This document shows, piece by piece, positions 13,005 to 24,275 of a stretch of 64,000 bases of DNA. The DNA is from Argopecten irradians (Eukaryota), in assembly GCF_041381155.1 (NCBI RefSeq), contig NC_091144.1:38796437-38860436 (forward strand). Direction: 5' to 3'. How positions within the stretch are numbered: the stretch's first letter is position 1; the number at the start of each line of letters is the position of its first letter. The translations under genes and the position numbers were made by a program. The notes beneath the pieces are model-generated. The model had not been told where the DNA came from. It was given only the letters and a program-made list of their open reading frames with translations, and ran no database searches.

Positions 13005-13275
13005 CACTATCGTCATATCCACCCCTGGAATATGTCAAAGCAAATACCAAAAATGTGAAGTCTCTTTATGCGACAACGGATGCGCAGGTAGTTTGGCCCC
13101 TTCATGTACACCAAAAGTATATAATGATTGTGCATTGTGTGGCTTTGAAGCGTCGTTGTCTCTGTAATCTTCAAAGAAAGTCTCTGCAGGTCTGTCATTG
13201 GTCAGGTTTACTATGATAAAGACCAGTGATGGATATAATGACACTGAAAGTAACCCCTGGAATATCGAGGATGGT
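13005..13275. mobile_element. MITE family C, partial or diverged copy
   Basis: The termini read catatccacccctggaatatgtcaaagc ... gtaacccctggaatatcgaggatgg, which match family-C TIR subsegments. Confidence 0.5.
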
Positions 13276-13599
13276 AGAATGCGACGATGTTGGGTATAAG
13301 CTGTTTTGTATCTTTTGTCAGAATTCTTTAACGAGACAGCACTATACAATAGGTAAGAAATCCACTATCACAATGAGACACAACACAAACATACCGCAGC
13401 CTCTCATAATTACACAAACATTCGCCATATACGCAACCCATAGCATACAATGGAGATGCCGTCATAAATACATCATCAATTTTCAAACGTAACTATTACT
13501 GTCGTAAAATTAACGTCTGGAATATATGTCATAGCAATATTGAAGGCAAATCAACAGAAAAAATATTATGGCCACTAACGTGCCTACACGAATTTCTTT

Positions 13600-13760
13600 T
13601 GAATATTGCCAATGTAGTGTACTGCTGCTGCGTAATTGTTAAACTTCGCGGATGTAAAATTCCGTGATTTACCATATGGAATTTATTCATATTGGCGGGG
13701 GTTAATTTTCGCGAGTTATCTTTGTTACTTTTGGAAGCGTCATTCATACGGCAGACAGTA
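13600..13760. repeat. Dispersed repeat family E (cgcgaaat-rich), copy 1. Homologous to 44225-44370, with partial matches at 50185-50265 and 52170-52350
   Basis: Both 13680-13750 and 44290-44360 carry the shared string ttttcgcgagttatc..ttg.a..ttt.gaa.gc.tcattcatacg.cag. Confidence 0.55.
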
Positions 13761-14174
13761 ATTTGTAATAAACTATAATTTTAATGAATTTAGCGAGGTA
13801 TTAAAATCCGTGAATATGGATGAATCCGTGAATTTAGCGAAATTAAAACCCCACAAATATTATCAGTTATAGAGTATCCCGATCAACTGATTTCTGTACG
13901 TATAAATGAAAGGACAACGCTACCCAGTCTCATCTTGTACAATCCATTACAAGCCTTATTAGCATCACAATTTCATGACATGCTGGTCTCTATCAAAATA
14001 TTTACAAGTTGTCTCACACAGAGCCTTCAGTATTGTTATTGATGATAGATATCATAATAAAGTTCATGTATTCATCGCAAATATGTTGTAGATAACGAAA
14101 GCGCAAAATATTGCATACGCGAAAATTTAGTGGTTTACAGTAAGCCTAATGTAGGCAAGAGTTTCCGCTATCGC

Positions 14175-14530
14175 AAGGAGATCATTCTCGATACTTCTGG
14201 TGTTACTGTCATTATCATAACTAGTAAAACTAAAGACAGTTCAAGAGAAAACCAATCTGACTAATCACAGAATTACGCCACAGAACCTTCCTTTGAAGAT
14301 GAGACTTCAGGCGTTACTATCACTGTAATATCCAGTAAAACTGAAAACAGTTCAAAAGAAAAAACATGACCAATCACAAAGCTACGTTACAAAGACTTCC
14401 TCTGAAGATGATATTTCAGGCGTTACTTTGACTGTCGTTATGTATCCAGTATAATGAAGACAGCTCAGGAGAATACCACCCTGACCAATCACAATGCTAC
14501 AAAGACTTCTTTTGAAGACAACATGCAGAG
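14175..14530. repeat. Tandem array of ~3 copies of a ~115-120-bp unit that matches the internal or left-arm segment of MITE family C
   Basis: Each unit reads gttactgtcattatcataactagtaaaactaaagacagttcaagagaaaaccaatctgactaatcacag...ccttcctttgaagatga. That matches the MITE-C interior actgaaggcagctcagg.gaaaa.actgaccaatcacaggc...gacttcctttgaa. Confidence 0.7.
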
Positions 14531-16189
14531 GAAACGACGCCCAAATTCAAAGCAATACCATGCATTATTCGATTGACTGAATTGTCTCATTTACAAATTA
14601 TCGCATACATAGCCTCCTGTTAACTGCGACATAGTCCGAAGATGGACATACCATTATCTGTTGGCAACACTTGGGTCATTGAGGATGCACGGAGATAAAC
14701 GTATGACTGTAGCTTTCATAGTATTATGCAGATTAAGCAAAGAAGTGCTTTGTGAAAAGATTATCCAAGTTGAAAATTCAAACATTTTCATAACGATTAT
14801 TTAATTTTCTGCTGCAAGTGTGAAACTTAGACACAAATATTGTAGACTACTTACATATGCTGCACACTCATATGATAATATATAATACCTACATTATGAA
14901 AACTAAATACTGGCTATATCACCTTAGAGAATCCTCACATCACACAGAGGGCGTGGTCAGCTTAACGCGTTTTTATGCATCAGCAAAAGAAGGATTCGAC
15001 ATTCATTTATTTGTGTTTTAAGCATTTCCCTCGTTTTATGACTTGGACCATCTCTGTTTGGGCGTTTTGTTGTGCGGAACATCTGTCGTGGGGAGAATAA
15101 CTTGTCTTTGATGATACAGGTTCTCGCAGTTAAAGTTAAAGAGAAAAACATTTCTGATAGCAACTGTATGAAGATCATCTTGTAATTAGCACAATTAGGT
15201 AGACAACATGGGTTATAAAGTATGGGTATGTCTAGGTTTACGCGTGACACATTTATTTGAACTCTTAGCATAATTGTGAATAATTAATCTAGATTGTTTA
15301 GTGTAATTATTCTAAATCCTTATAAAATATTTCCTTCTACATGAAGATTTGTTTCAGTAGCAAGTATTTTGTCTTTGCATATTACAGAAATAGCTCCCTT
15401 GTTGGTAGGTTTCCATGGTAACGTCATTAGTTTTGTGTGCGAGATTTACGTCATTTTCTCTGCAAAATATGACGTAACCCTCGCAAACAAATTACGTCAC
15501 AATCAATTCCTACTCGCAAGAGAAGACAACTCTGTAATATCCAAATGTAGAATACGTCATGTACGGCGAGTCTTTGTCCGAAAAACATTCTAATGTGTGA
15601 ACAATAATTCTATGTTGTGTTCAAAATTGCGTGAAGAACACCGATCGCGAAATTCACGCTCCACGAGTAATCTTCTACAATATGAATTCCCCGAGAAAAA
15701 TACCACTATGACAGTACCAATAGATATCTACAAACTAGTATAAGGTTCTTCCAATCTACAACTGAAATATTTTGCTAAATTAAACTAACATTTCCATTTT
15801 TTTAAAATAAGCCACGTCTTCCTGGGAGCTAAAACAGATGTTTGGCTTATTTGCCTTTTTGGATCTTAGAATAGTTGAATTCCATTCACTCAAATAATGG
15901 AATTCAGAATATCCACAATTACCATATTGTTGTTTAAAATTAAGATTTGTTTGTTTTTATCAAAGGGACATGAACCTTAAATAATTTGTTCTGTATGCTT
16001 AGATATGGTTTTCAGATGTTTATTGAATGTTTTATTACAATGATTGGTTATCTAAAACGACAGGAATACATAGCGAGATTGACGATTCACTAAAACGAAT
16101 CTTCATGGGTTTCTTGGACGATGGTTGAAGATTTTCGTTGGATTTGAAGTAAACATTAATGTTATAATCTCAAAACGTAAACTATGACA

Positions 16190-16260
16190 TCATCGTTTGT
16201 ATCATCGCCTCTCATTGGCTGATTCAACGGCGTAATGATTTCTTTGAAAATAGAGTCCCT
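16190..16260. repeat. Dispersed short repeat with CCAAT-like and CRE-like motifs (gattggctga / tgacgtc), copy. Related copies at 17090-17210, 42880-42990 and 51010-51070
   Basis: All four locations share ..cattggctgat.caacggcg.. or acgtcgccgtttgtaacggtg..gattggctga. Confidence 0.45.
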
Positions 16261-17384
16261 CAAAACTTTTGGAATTTCAGGAAAGAGGATTGAATAATAA
16301 GGGTTGATTTGGAAATGATTTTTATGTTAATGGGCTCATACAACACAACAAAAACCATTTAGATTGGCATTTGCCCATTATTAAATGGCATGCATTTGTC
16401 AAATGAAATTTTTTTCCAGTTTTCTCTTGTTCATCTTTTATTTTTACTGCAACTGTAAAAACGGAAAACTGCATATTATATTTTGCGCTATCTCCAAGGT
16501 TTAAAAATCAAATAAAATTTATTCTTAGAATAAAACATTGTACAAATGTCGCATTGAAGAGATAATTTGGGAAGGTTATATTTTGATAAGATTTTATTTT
16601 TAAAGAGCAAACTGATGTGTACCTATCATCATGTGTAGCGCTAGCTGGAATCGGGATTTGACCAGACAAATCATTCCTGTAGAAATGTTTCGATAAGTAA
16701 AGAAAGATAAGCAAAGGTTCCGGAAGAAAGCAAACCTTCTCTGCTACATATACGTCAATCTTTCTATCAGCTAGCTAAATTTATGATGAAGAAATGAACA
16801 TTTAAGGACTTGTTTGTAGTAAATTTTCTTTTGTTACATCACGATGCTTACTATTTACCAAATACAGTCTCAGGTTTATTCTTAGTTGAAACCTCTCACC
16901 CTTTTCCACGAGTAAAAGTTTATGTCAACTGATATGAACCCAAGCGATAGGATATAACGGTTTAGGAAATTACATTTTTCAAAGTTAACGTTTTATACAG
17001 ATGGAGCCTGATTGGTTTATCAAGTTGGTGTTAGTTACAACTATTGTATCATTAACAATAGTGACCATTTAATAATCAATCTTGCTTGTAACGAGCATGT
17101 CCATTGGCTTAAAAATGTAACAAATGACGTCGCCGTTTGTAACGGTGCATCTGATTGGCTGATACGACGGTGTAGGAATATCTTAGAGGAAAAAGTCCAT
17201 TAGACATTTGAAATTTCCCTCAATTATATCAAATTAAAACTTTAAAAGGATGAGTTTGAATGGATTTTTATGTTATGAAACTATAACATAACAACCATAT
17301 GGTACTCTAAGCTCCTTGGCGGGTTATGTTAAGAGTACACTTGTGATATCACTCCATAATACAAACTATCTATTCAAATTAATC

Positions 17385-17470
17385 CAATCACACCTGGAAT
17401 TTCATAATGGACTAGTCAAGTCTTTGATTCAGAAGGGCCTTAATGTGTCTTCAGGGGTGAAATTGTCCTA
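17385..17470. mobile_element. Small MITE family D (~85 bp), copy 1
   Basis: The sequence cacctggaatttcataatggactagtcaagtctttgattcaga...tgtgtcttcaggggtgaaa has inverted termini and is homologous to 20200-20295. Confidence 0.55.
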
Positions 17471-18104
17471 ACCATAGAAGAAGACAAATGAATACAACGT
17501 AAGTGTTTCAATAGTTGTTATTATTTGAATATCGTGTTATAAGTATATAATATGTTTTACAGATGTATAAACCTATAATGTACATTATATGTTTACTTCT
17601 CAATGAACAATAAAATATAAATCATCTATAATATTTCACCCGTTTCAAGACAAGGAAATATCGTGACAGTACACCAACCATGATTCCGTACACAATCTCA
17701 CAGAACAAATGTCATCGATCCGTATGTCGTCATGTAAACATTCTGTAAAAAATGGAACTTTTCGTGGGATAGACATTTTTTCATATTTCGCTTTCATTTG
17801 ATCTCCGTGAATATGTAAACTCGCAAATATATCAACAAGTGTTAATCTTCATATTTGACTAGGAAATTAGACTTTGTAGATCAAGATCCATCGCGTACAA
17901 TTTGAAAGCTGACTTTGCGAAAATATCTACCCGCTGAAATGTCCAAGTTTACAGTACCATATATAAATGACGTTTTCTCCTAAATGAATACATTTAGAAA
18001 TAGAACACATTGCATGATTGTGTAAAACATATTTCACACCAACATTTCTATTGTACAAATAGGCTTATGACATGCTGACTTGTATAGGAAATATCATCCT
18101 TGAT

Positions 18105-18398
18105 AATCCAGGGGTTACTATCACTGTCGCTATATCCACCCCTGGAATATGTCATAGCAAAGCTGAAAGCAATTCAGGCCTGCAGAGACTTCCTTTGAAA
18201 ATTACAGAGAGAGCGACGCCCGACTTCAAAGCAACAGTCAACCACAGTGTACCGTTATTCGATTCTTTTAATGTACATCAAAGAACTAAAGTACTTTCTT
18301 ATCTGTTGTCGCACACAGAGCCTTCAGTTCTGTTATGAAATATTCCAGGGTGAATATTACAACAGTGATAGTAACCCCTGCCTGGAATGTCGAGGATG
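18105..18398. mobile_element. MITE family C copy (~295 bp). TIR ~55 bp, of the form CATCCTYGATA.TCCAGGGGTT.C.ATCAC ... GTGATAGTAACCCCTGG.ATRTCGAGGATG
   Basis: The termini were read directly. The internal core carries tacagagagagcgacgcccgacttcaaagcaacagtcaaccacagtgtaccgttat, which is shared with the other C copies. Confidence 0.8.
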
Positions 18399-19086
18399 AT
18401 AGCATATAAACTTAGAAGTGATCATGAAGATCCATATAAATGGTCTGAAGTAGGTCGAAGCATACAACAGGTTCGACAAGAATAGCACCTTATAATTGAA
18501 AATAAAAAAACCAGATCTGCATGAAAATGAATACAGTATATGAAATGTTTAAGATGGAAGAAGGCCATTTTTTAACACAATATCCTGTTGGCTTGTAGCA
18601 TGGTAATGTATCTTATCTGTGAATAAACTTCGTGTTATATTACACCATGTAAAATAATATTATCTGAAATTGATTAGGATTCCTATATCAAAGCACTTCC
18701 TTCGGACTCTGACGTAATAAAATAGCTACTGATTGTGTTTGAAAATCATGTGTTGTGTTGAAAAATTTGAATATGAAATCTGAATCCTTTGCGGATTTCT
18801 GTTATGAAAAGTTATGTAATTTTAGGAGATTTTACATAAAAATATTAACAAAATTATAATTAGATTTAGGCGAAATTGTAAACATTAAAACACGCGTACA
18901 AAATAATAGAGAAAAATCTCCATCTCCATATTCAAACAGTCATGTGTTTAGTATTTTGCAAACAAATGATCTTAATTATGATAACATATACTGTTGTAAC
19001 GAAAACTTACTTTAAGCAAGTATTTTTTGTTTGTGTCATTGGCTAAAAATATCTTTCATATCATTTTTGTCATTTTGGTTTTTTAA

Positions 19087-19782
19087 AGATGCTCCACCGC
19101 CGACATAGCATAAATGATATTCATTATTTGAATAATAATTGGTGTATTATCGTATATATATGTCTAATTAACACAAAAAAATAATATGAAATAATTTATT
19201 TTGCCTTTGGTGCATGCGCAATCAGTACTTCATTCCATATAGGATATAGTGTCATGGAAGTTTTTCGGGATGCAATGAAAGTGAACAGTCGGGCAAGGAT
19301 GGCTAAAGTCGGTAAAAATGGTGTGGATGTATCCAGTATAATTTCTTATGAAATGGAAAAATAAAATCTCTCGTCAGAATGTATCTGCGCACGAAGAAAT
19401 TAATTTAAAGTATAGGAATCCTAAAACGTCCTCCCGGCTGACTATGTCCGTGGTTACATTTCCACGCAGCCTCGCTTACAATGCTTTCAACTTTTCTTTC
19501 TTTTAATGGTCAGAACTGGGAAACGTAAGCAGAACTTGACCGTCGTATTAATATATGAGAACTTTTGGAAGGCCAGTGAACGCATTTAGACTCGTATTCT
19601 TTGCCCGACTATTCACTTCAATAATTTTTCATATTTTTAACTTGAAGTAAAATTAGAAGCTCATACTTTTCAATGTTGGTAATGGTGTAAAGTAAGTAAC
19701 ATTTGTAACTGAAGAAAAATACTAAATCGTCTTCTCCTGTTTTTGATAGTGAAAAATACCATTTGTCGGCGGTGGAGCATCT
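19087..19782 (-). mobile_element. MITE family A copy 3 (reverse orientation) carrying a nested MITE B insertion. TTAA on both flanks
   Basis: TTAA lies at 19083-19086 and 19783-19786. The termini are agatgctccaccgccgac ... gtcggcggtggagcatct. The interior is collinear with the reverse complement of A1, except for a 338-bp insert at 19280-19617. Confidence 0.85.
19280..19617 (+). mobile_element. MITE family B copy 2, inserted inside MITE A3
   Basis: It is about 95% identical to 5090-5418. It breaks the A-family sequence between gggatgcaat and caataatttttcat. The uninterrupted A2 reads gcaatcaattatttttcat at the same place. Confidence 0.85.
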
Positions 19783-20199
19783 TTAAGTGTAATGAAAAAT
19801 CATAAAATGAACAACATTAGATAATGTTTTAGTTCTGGGAACAATTTTGATTCATGGAGAACCTTAAGATCATGATATAATGCCATGTGCCAGTGAATTT
19901 CAAAAAGGGAGAGTTATTTCATGATATCTGAACATTAACACTGTCTAAATTTATCATTTACACATGTAAATGTATATATAAGTATAGATCTGTGACATCA
20001 GGTCTTCAAGATCATATAACAGCCGTAGTCTAAAACAATCTCAGGTTTAATTTAGCCAATCACAAATAACGTTTCAGAAAGTTACATGATTTTACATGTT
20101 TTAAATAGCCAAACACAAATAACGTTACAGAAAGTTATGTCATTTTTTATAGACTAAGCAAAAATAAGAATAAGACTGTCACATGATCCTGGAACCAGA

Positions 20200-20295
20200 T
20201 ATTTAACTCATTCACCCCTGAAAATTCATAATGAACTGTTCCAGTCTTTGAAACAGACGAATTCATATGTGTCTTCAGGGTGAATGAGTTAATTT
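20200..20295. mobile_element. Small MITE family D copy 2 (~90 bp, 20-bp TIR ttaactcattcacccctgaa / ttcagggtgaatgagttaa)
   Basis: A perfect 20-bp inverted repeat was read directly. The interior is homologous to 17385-17470. Confidence 0.65.
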
Positions 20296-21289
20296 CTTAT
20301 CTAACCTTTACTCGAATATGCTTTAGATTTACCGATAATAAATACATCCAAGATGACTATACTTAAACATCCTTCTCAAAATGTCTTAACTTAAACATTA
20401 TGATCAAGATGACAATACTTTTAACACCATACTCTGGGGGTACGCCAACTATTTACGATTGTTTTCTCAAGGTTTTGCCATGTATAACATCCATATTTCT
20501 GTGGACAACATACCAACTCAGTAGCTGAAATCCTTCTCATTTTACAGAACAGCGGTATCGTTGTCATATCTAAGTAAAATTGCAGCTAGGAAATCCGTTT
20601 TAATGACTTATTTCAAAGACTTTGAGACATTGCACATTATTGTAAGTCCTTAAAGTGCTGTTTTCCACACCTAAGGATATTTTCAAAACTTCCTCATTTT
20701 TTTCTTTATAATTTTGGAATTAAAGACGCATATTATATAACTATTAAACTTTAAATAGGGGCAGATTAAACGGTCGACCACCATGAGTTAGATCAACTTA
20801 GAGATTTAGCGAATGTGTATGCAATATCGTCATAAATATGTAGACATGGCATGGATTAAACGTAATATAATGACCATATTGCATCAGAAAAGAATAAGTA
20901 AGCAACTTTAAGACTTTGCAACTTAAACCGAAATCTCATTAGCATATATAATAAGTTGTAACACCAGAAAAAAGTTTGAGATAAAAACTTGTTGGAATTA
21001 TCAGCAACATAATAAAATCACTGGAGGGTGTCTAGACATGCTTAATACGCATGCCTTAAATAAACAAATCACAGTTTTCTATTTTGACGAATCTTACAAA
21101 ATGAACTCGAATTAAAAAGAAATATCTTTTAAAATAATCGTATATATGTATGAGGGAACACTGAAATTGGAATGTTGATGAAACTGAGGATAGGTGATCA
21201 TTTTCATCAAATATTAGAATCGGAAGAAGGAAAAATTAAAACTAAAAATCGTTAAAATATTTTTATCATAAATTGTTCATACACATTTT

Positions 21290-21900
21290 CCCTCTTTCTA
21301 CTAATTATGACACCAGACATATTGACGTATCTATATCTGGTTTCCTTCAGAATACAATCTGAGTACACCACATATCGACAGTCATGATATCAGCTGTGCA
21401 CCAGATATCTAAGTGCATACCTAGTGTCCTTTCGAATACACTCTAAGTACACCACATATCGACTGTCAGAATATCTAGTATGCACCAGATATCTACTGCA
21501 TATCTGGTAACCTTTAGAACGCATTCTGAGTACACCACATATCGACTGTCATAATATCTAGTATGCACCAGATATCTACTGCATATCTGGTAACCTTTAG
21601 AACGCATTCTGAGTACACCAAATATCGACTGTCATGATATCAGTTGTGCACCAGATATGTACTGCATACCTGGTGTCCTTCAGAATATACAGAAGTACAC
21701 CACATATCGACTACCAGAATATATGATGTGATGTGATATCTACTTTATTCATGGTGTCCTTCAGAATACATTTTGAGCTAACCAGGTATCGACCGCCATA
21801 ACATCTGTTGTGCACAAGATAACTTTGTATACCTTGTGTCGTGTAGAACACATTATGAGTACACTAGATATCCACTGCCAGAATATTATGTACTCTATTA
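21290..21900. repeat. Tandem repeat with an ~83-bp unit, ~7 copies, degenerating toward the 3' end (gcaccagatatctactgcatatctggtaacctttagaacgcattctgagtacaccacatatcgactgtcataatatctagtat)
   Basis: gcaccagatatc falls at 21482 and 21565, giving an 83-bp period. Two central copies are near-identical and the outer copies have diverged. Confidence 0.85.
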
Positions 21901-23314
21901 TGATACATGATATATCATATTTGGATGTTTGAAGATTATAATTAATTTGAACGATATAGTCTTCATGAAACCTTTGAAATCTCACAGCAAAAAATGGTTT
22001 ATCATTCTGAATATGCACTGGTCAAAACATTTTGATTTTGTACATACCTTTGAAAATGAAGGATCTCTGCAAAAGAAATACGATATCTACTTTAAGGAAT
22101 TAATTATATGTTTATCGGTGTGAATATAAGGCCATTAAATTACGAATTGGTGAGCTTATTTGCAGAACTATCTCTGTTTTATACAAAAACCCTATACGTA
22201 TGTTTCAGGTACCCCTACCTACCTTAGATTTTACCTCCCATCCTGGCTATTTGATCACACTCTCTCAAAAAATGTTTTCAAAGAAGTTTTTATTGAAGGT
22301 TTCAACTTTGATTATTTACGCTTGTTTAGTATGAAGATATTACGTTAAATTTAAAATTGAGGAATAAAGACTTCTGGACACACTGAAGCCTTAACTAAAG
22401 TAACATAATATCATACCTTCACCAAAACTAATAATAAATAATAATGAAAAAAAATTCTTAACCGACCTTCTCTATTTTTCATTTATGTTACCAGAAACAT
22501 ACATATGATTTGTATGGCCATACAGAGAAACATGGAACAGAAAGAAACAATGAAATACTTGCTTTCTGCATGATTGGATCTGTACTGATTGATATTTTAT
22601 GGGAAAATGGAAAATGGATTAAAACATTCAACATTCAATTAGAATAACATATATACTTTCTTGGATGTTTTTGTATCAGATGGCGTTATGAAAATGTAAC
22701 AGCAGTGACATGGTTTTAAAAGGAAATTGATAAGGGAACACACATACCACTCTTATCTCAATGGGAAACAATCAGACCCCGTTATCTCAAAGTCGTTGGC
22801 AACACGGAAATCTTTAAAATGATTTAACAATTGTTCCAAATGAGCAAGTTTTTTTCCGCTTTACAAAATTGTACTACACTACAGCTTTGATTTCATTGAG
22901 AATTATGTACATAAAACATTTAATTTCAGTTTTCAATTTATATGAATGGAATTAGACACTAGGCATAACCTATCTTAGTCCTCGCCTCGGTGATTTTCTT
23001 ACTCAATAATTTCATAGGCCTGTAACTTTTGAAAAACTACATTTCGTCTTTATTTGGAATACTATTTATATAAAATTAGGAAGATGCTGCAATTTTTTTT
23101 TGTTTTATGGGAAGGGCCCTTAATTCGGCTCCAAATGTACAGAAAAATCCCTGCGCCTGCACATAGACCCATTATGCCTTTTACCTCGAGTTAAGCATAC
23201 TTTTCGAGTTATAAAGATATTAACATAACGAAGTCTGACTGTGTATCTATATATGGATATGACGACATACGGATGATGTTAAATCTCATTGCACCTCACT
23301 ACTGTAAACGTTTA

Positions 23315-24067
23315 TCACAGTAGCGAATCCCCCGATAGAACACCACGATAATGGTATTTTTTACTCGAGCCTTTCAAACTCGAAGACTTATCTGGACTTA
23401 TAGTAGACTGGAGAGATCTTGGAATATGTTTAGTTTGTATAGTTGTCCGCTCATCATCAGAGCTAGATGTACTACTGTTGTATTTTTGTCGAACTACATC
23501 CGGGTCATCGTCATACCACACAGTATCATCCGGAACCTCCACGTCGACTTGACTATCACAACCTTCCGAAAGAGCGTCAAACCCGGAAGTAGTTACCACA
23601 GTTTCCGGTGGGCCACACGCCTCAAGACTGTCAAGCCAGTTTTGACATTTTCTTGTTGTCTCTTGCATGTAAACACTATCATCATACAATTGTTTTCGGA
23701 GACCTATATCCTTGGGATTGGTTTCCGAAAGGTTCATTGTCATATCAACGTCGTCCGGAAGATCCTCGGATTCTATACAATACTGACTTCGTGTCCGATG
23801 TATTTTAGCACGCATGCGCTTCCCTGGTTTGGAAGACCGAGGAAGGAGGTTGATTTGCTGTTGCTGTGACACAGGTGAACTTTTTGACCCACCTTCGTCC
23901 GAAGACGCCCTCTGGTGTTGAACTTTGAGATCAAGCCAGCACGGTGGTTTTGGCGGTTTAGCTGTCAGGAACGCGTGTACGGAAGTACAGTTGCCCGGTC
24001 GTACAGAGCTTTTGTACATTCTACGATCCTGGTTTATAATATAGAAACACAAATTTAATGTATCCAT
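23315..24067 (-). CDS. Hypothetical protein (250-aa ORF; acidic, Ser-rich, low-complexity); possibly one exon of a larger gene
   Basis: It is a 753-nt ORF whose GC content is clearly above the AT-rich surroundings. I recognise no domain. An acceptor-like tttctatattataaaccag|G lies just inside the 5' end (minus strand), so the true exon may begin near MYKSS. Confidence 0.35.
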   Translation of the reverse strand: MDTLNLCFYIINQDRRMYKSSVRPGNCTSVHAFLTAKPPKPPCWLDLKVQHQRASSDEGGSKSSPVSQQQQINLLPRSSKPGKRMRAKIHRTRSQYCIESEDLPDDVDMTMNLSETNPKDIGLRKQLYDDSVYMQETTRKCQNWLDSLEACGPPETVVTTSGFDALSEGCDSQVDVEVPDDTVWYDDDPDVVRQKYNSSTSSSDDERTTIQTKHIPRSLQSTISPDKSSSLKGSSKKYHYRGVLSGDSLL

Positions 24068-24235
24068 CCGAAGTATTGTTGTGATAATTACATCCGTTTC
24101 TGTAAGCCATATTTTACAGCAAGCTTTCTTCTTGTAGTTTTTTTCCGCTTTAGATTATTATGGGGTGTTTTTCACCGATGCTGATAACTTTACAATACTT
24201 CACAGTACCGCGGTAAACAAATTGCCTCCGTTACA

Positions 24236-24275
24236 CACACACACACACATATATATATATGATATATATACACAC
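24236..24275. repeat. Microsatellite (CA)n(TA)n
   Basis: Read directly: cacacacacacacatatatatatatgatatatatacacacac. Confidence 0.9.
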
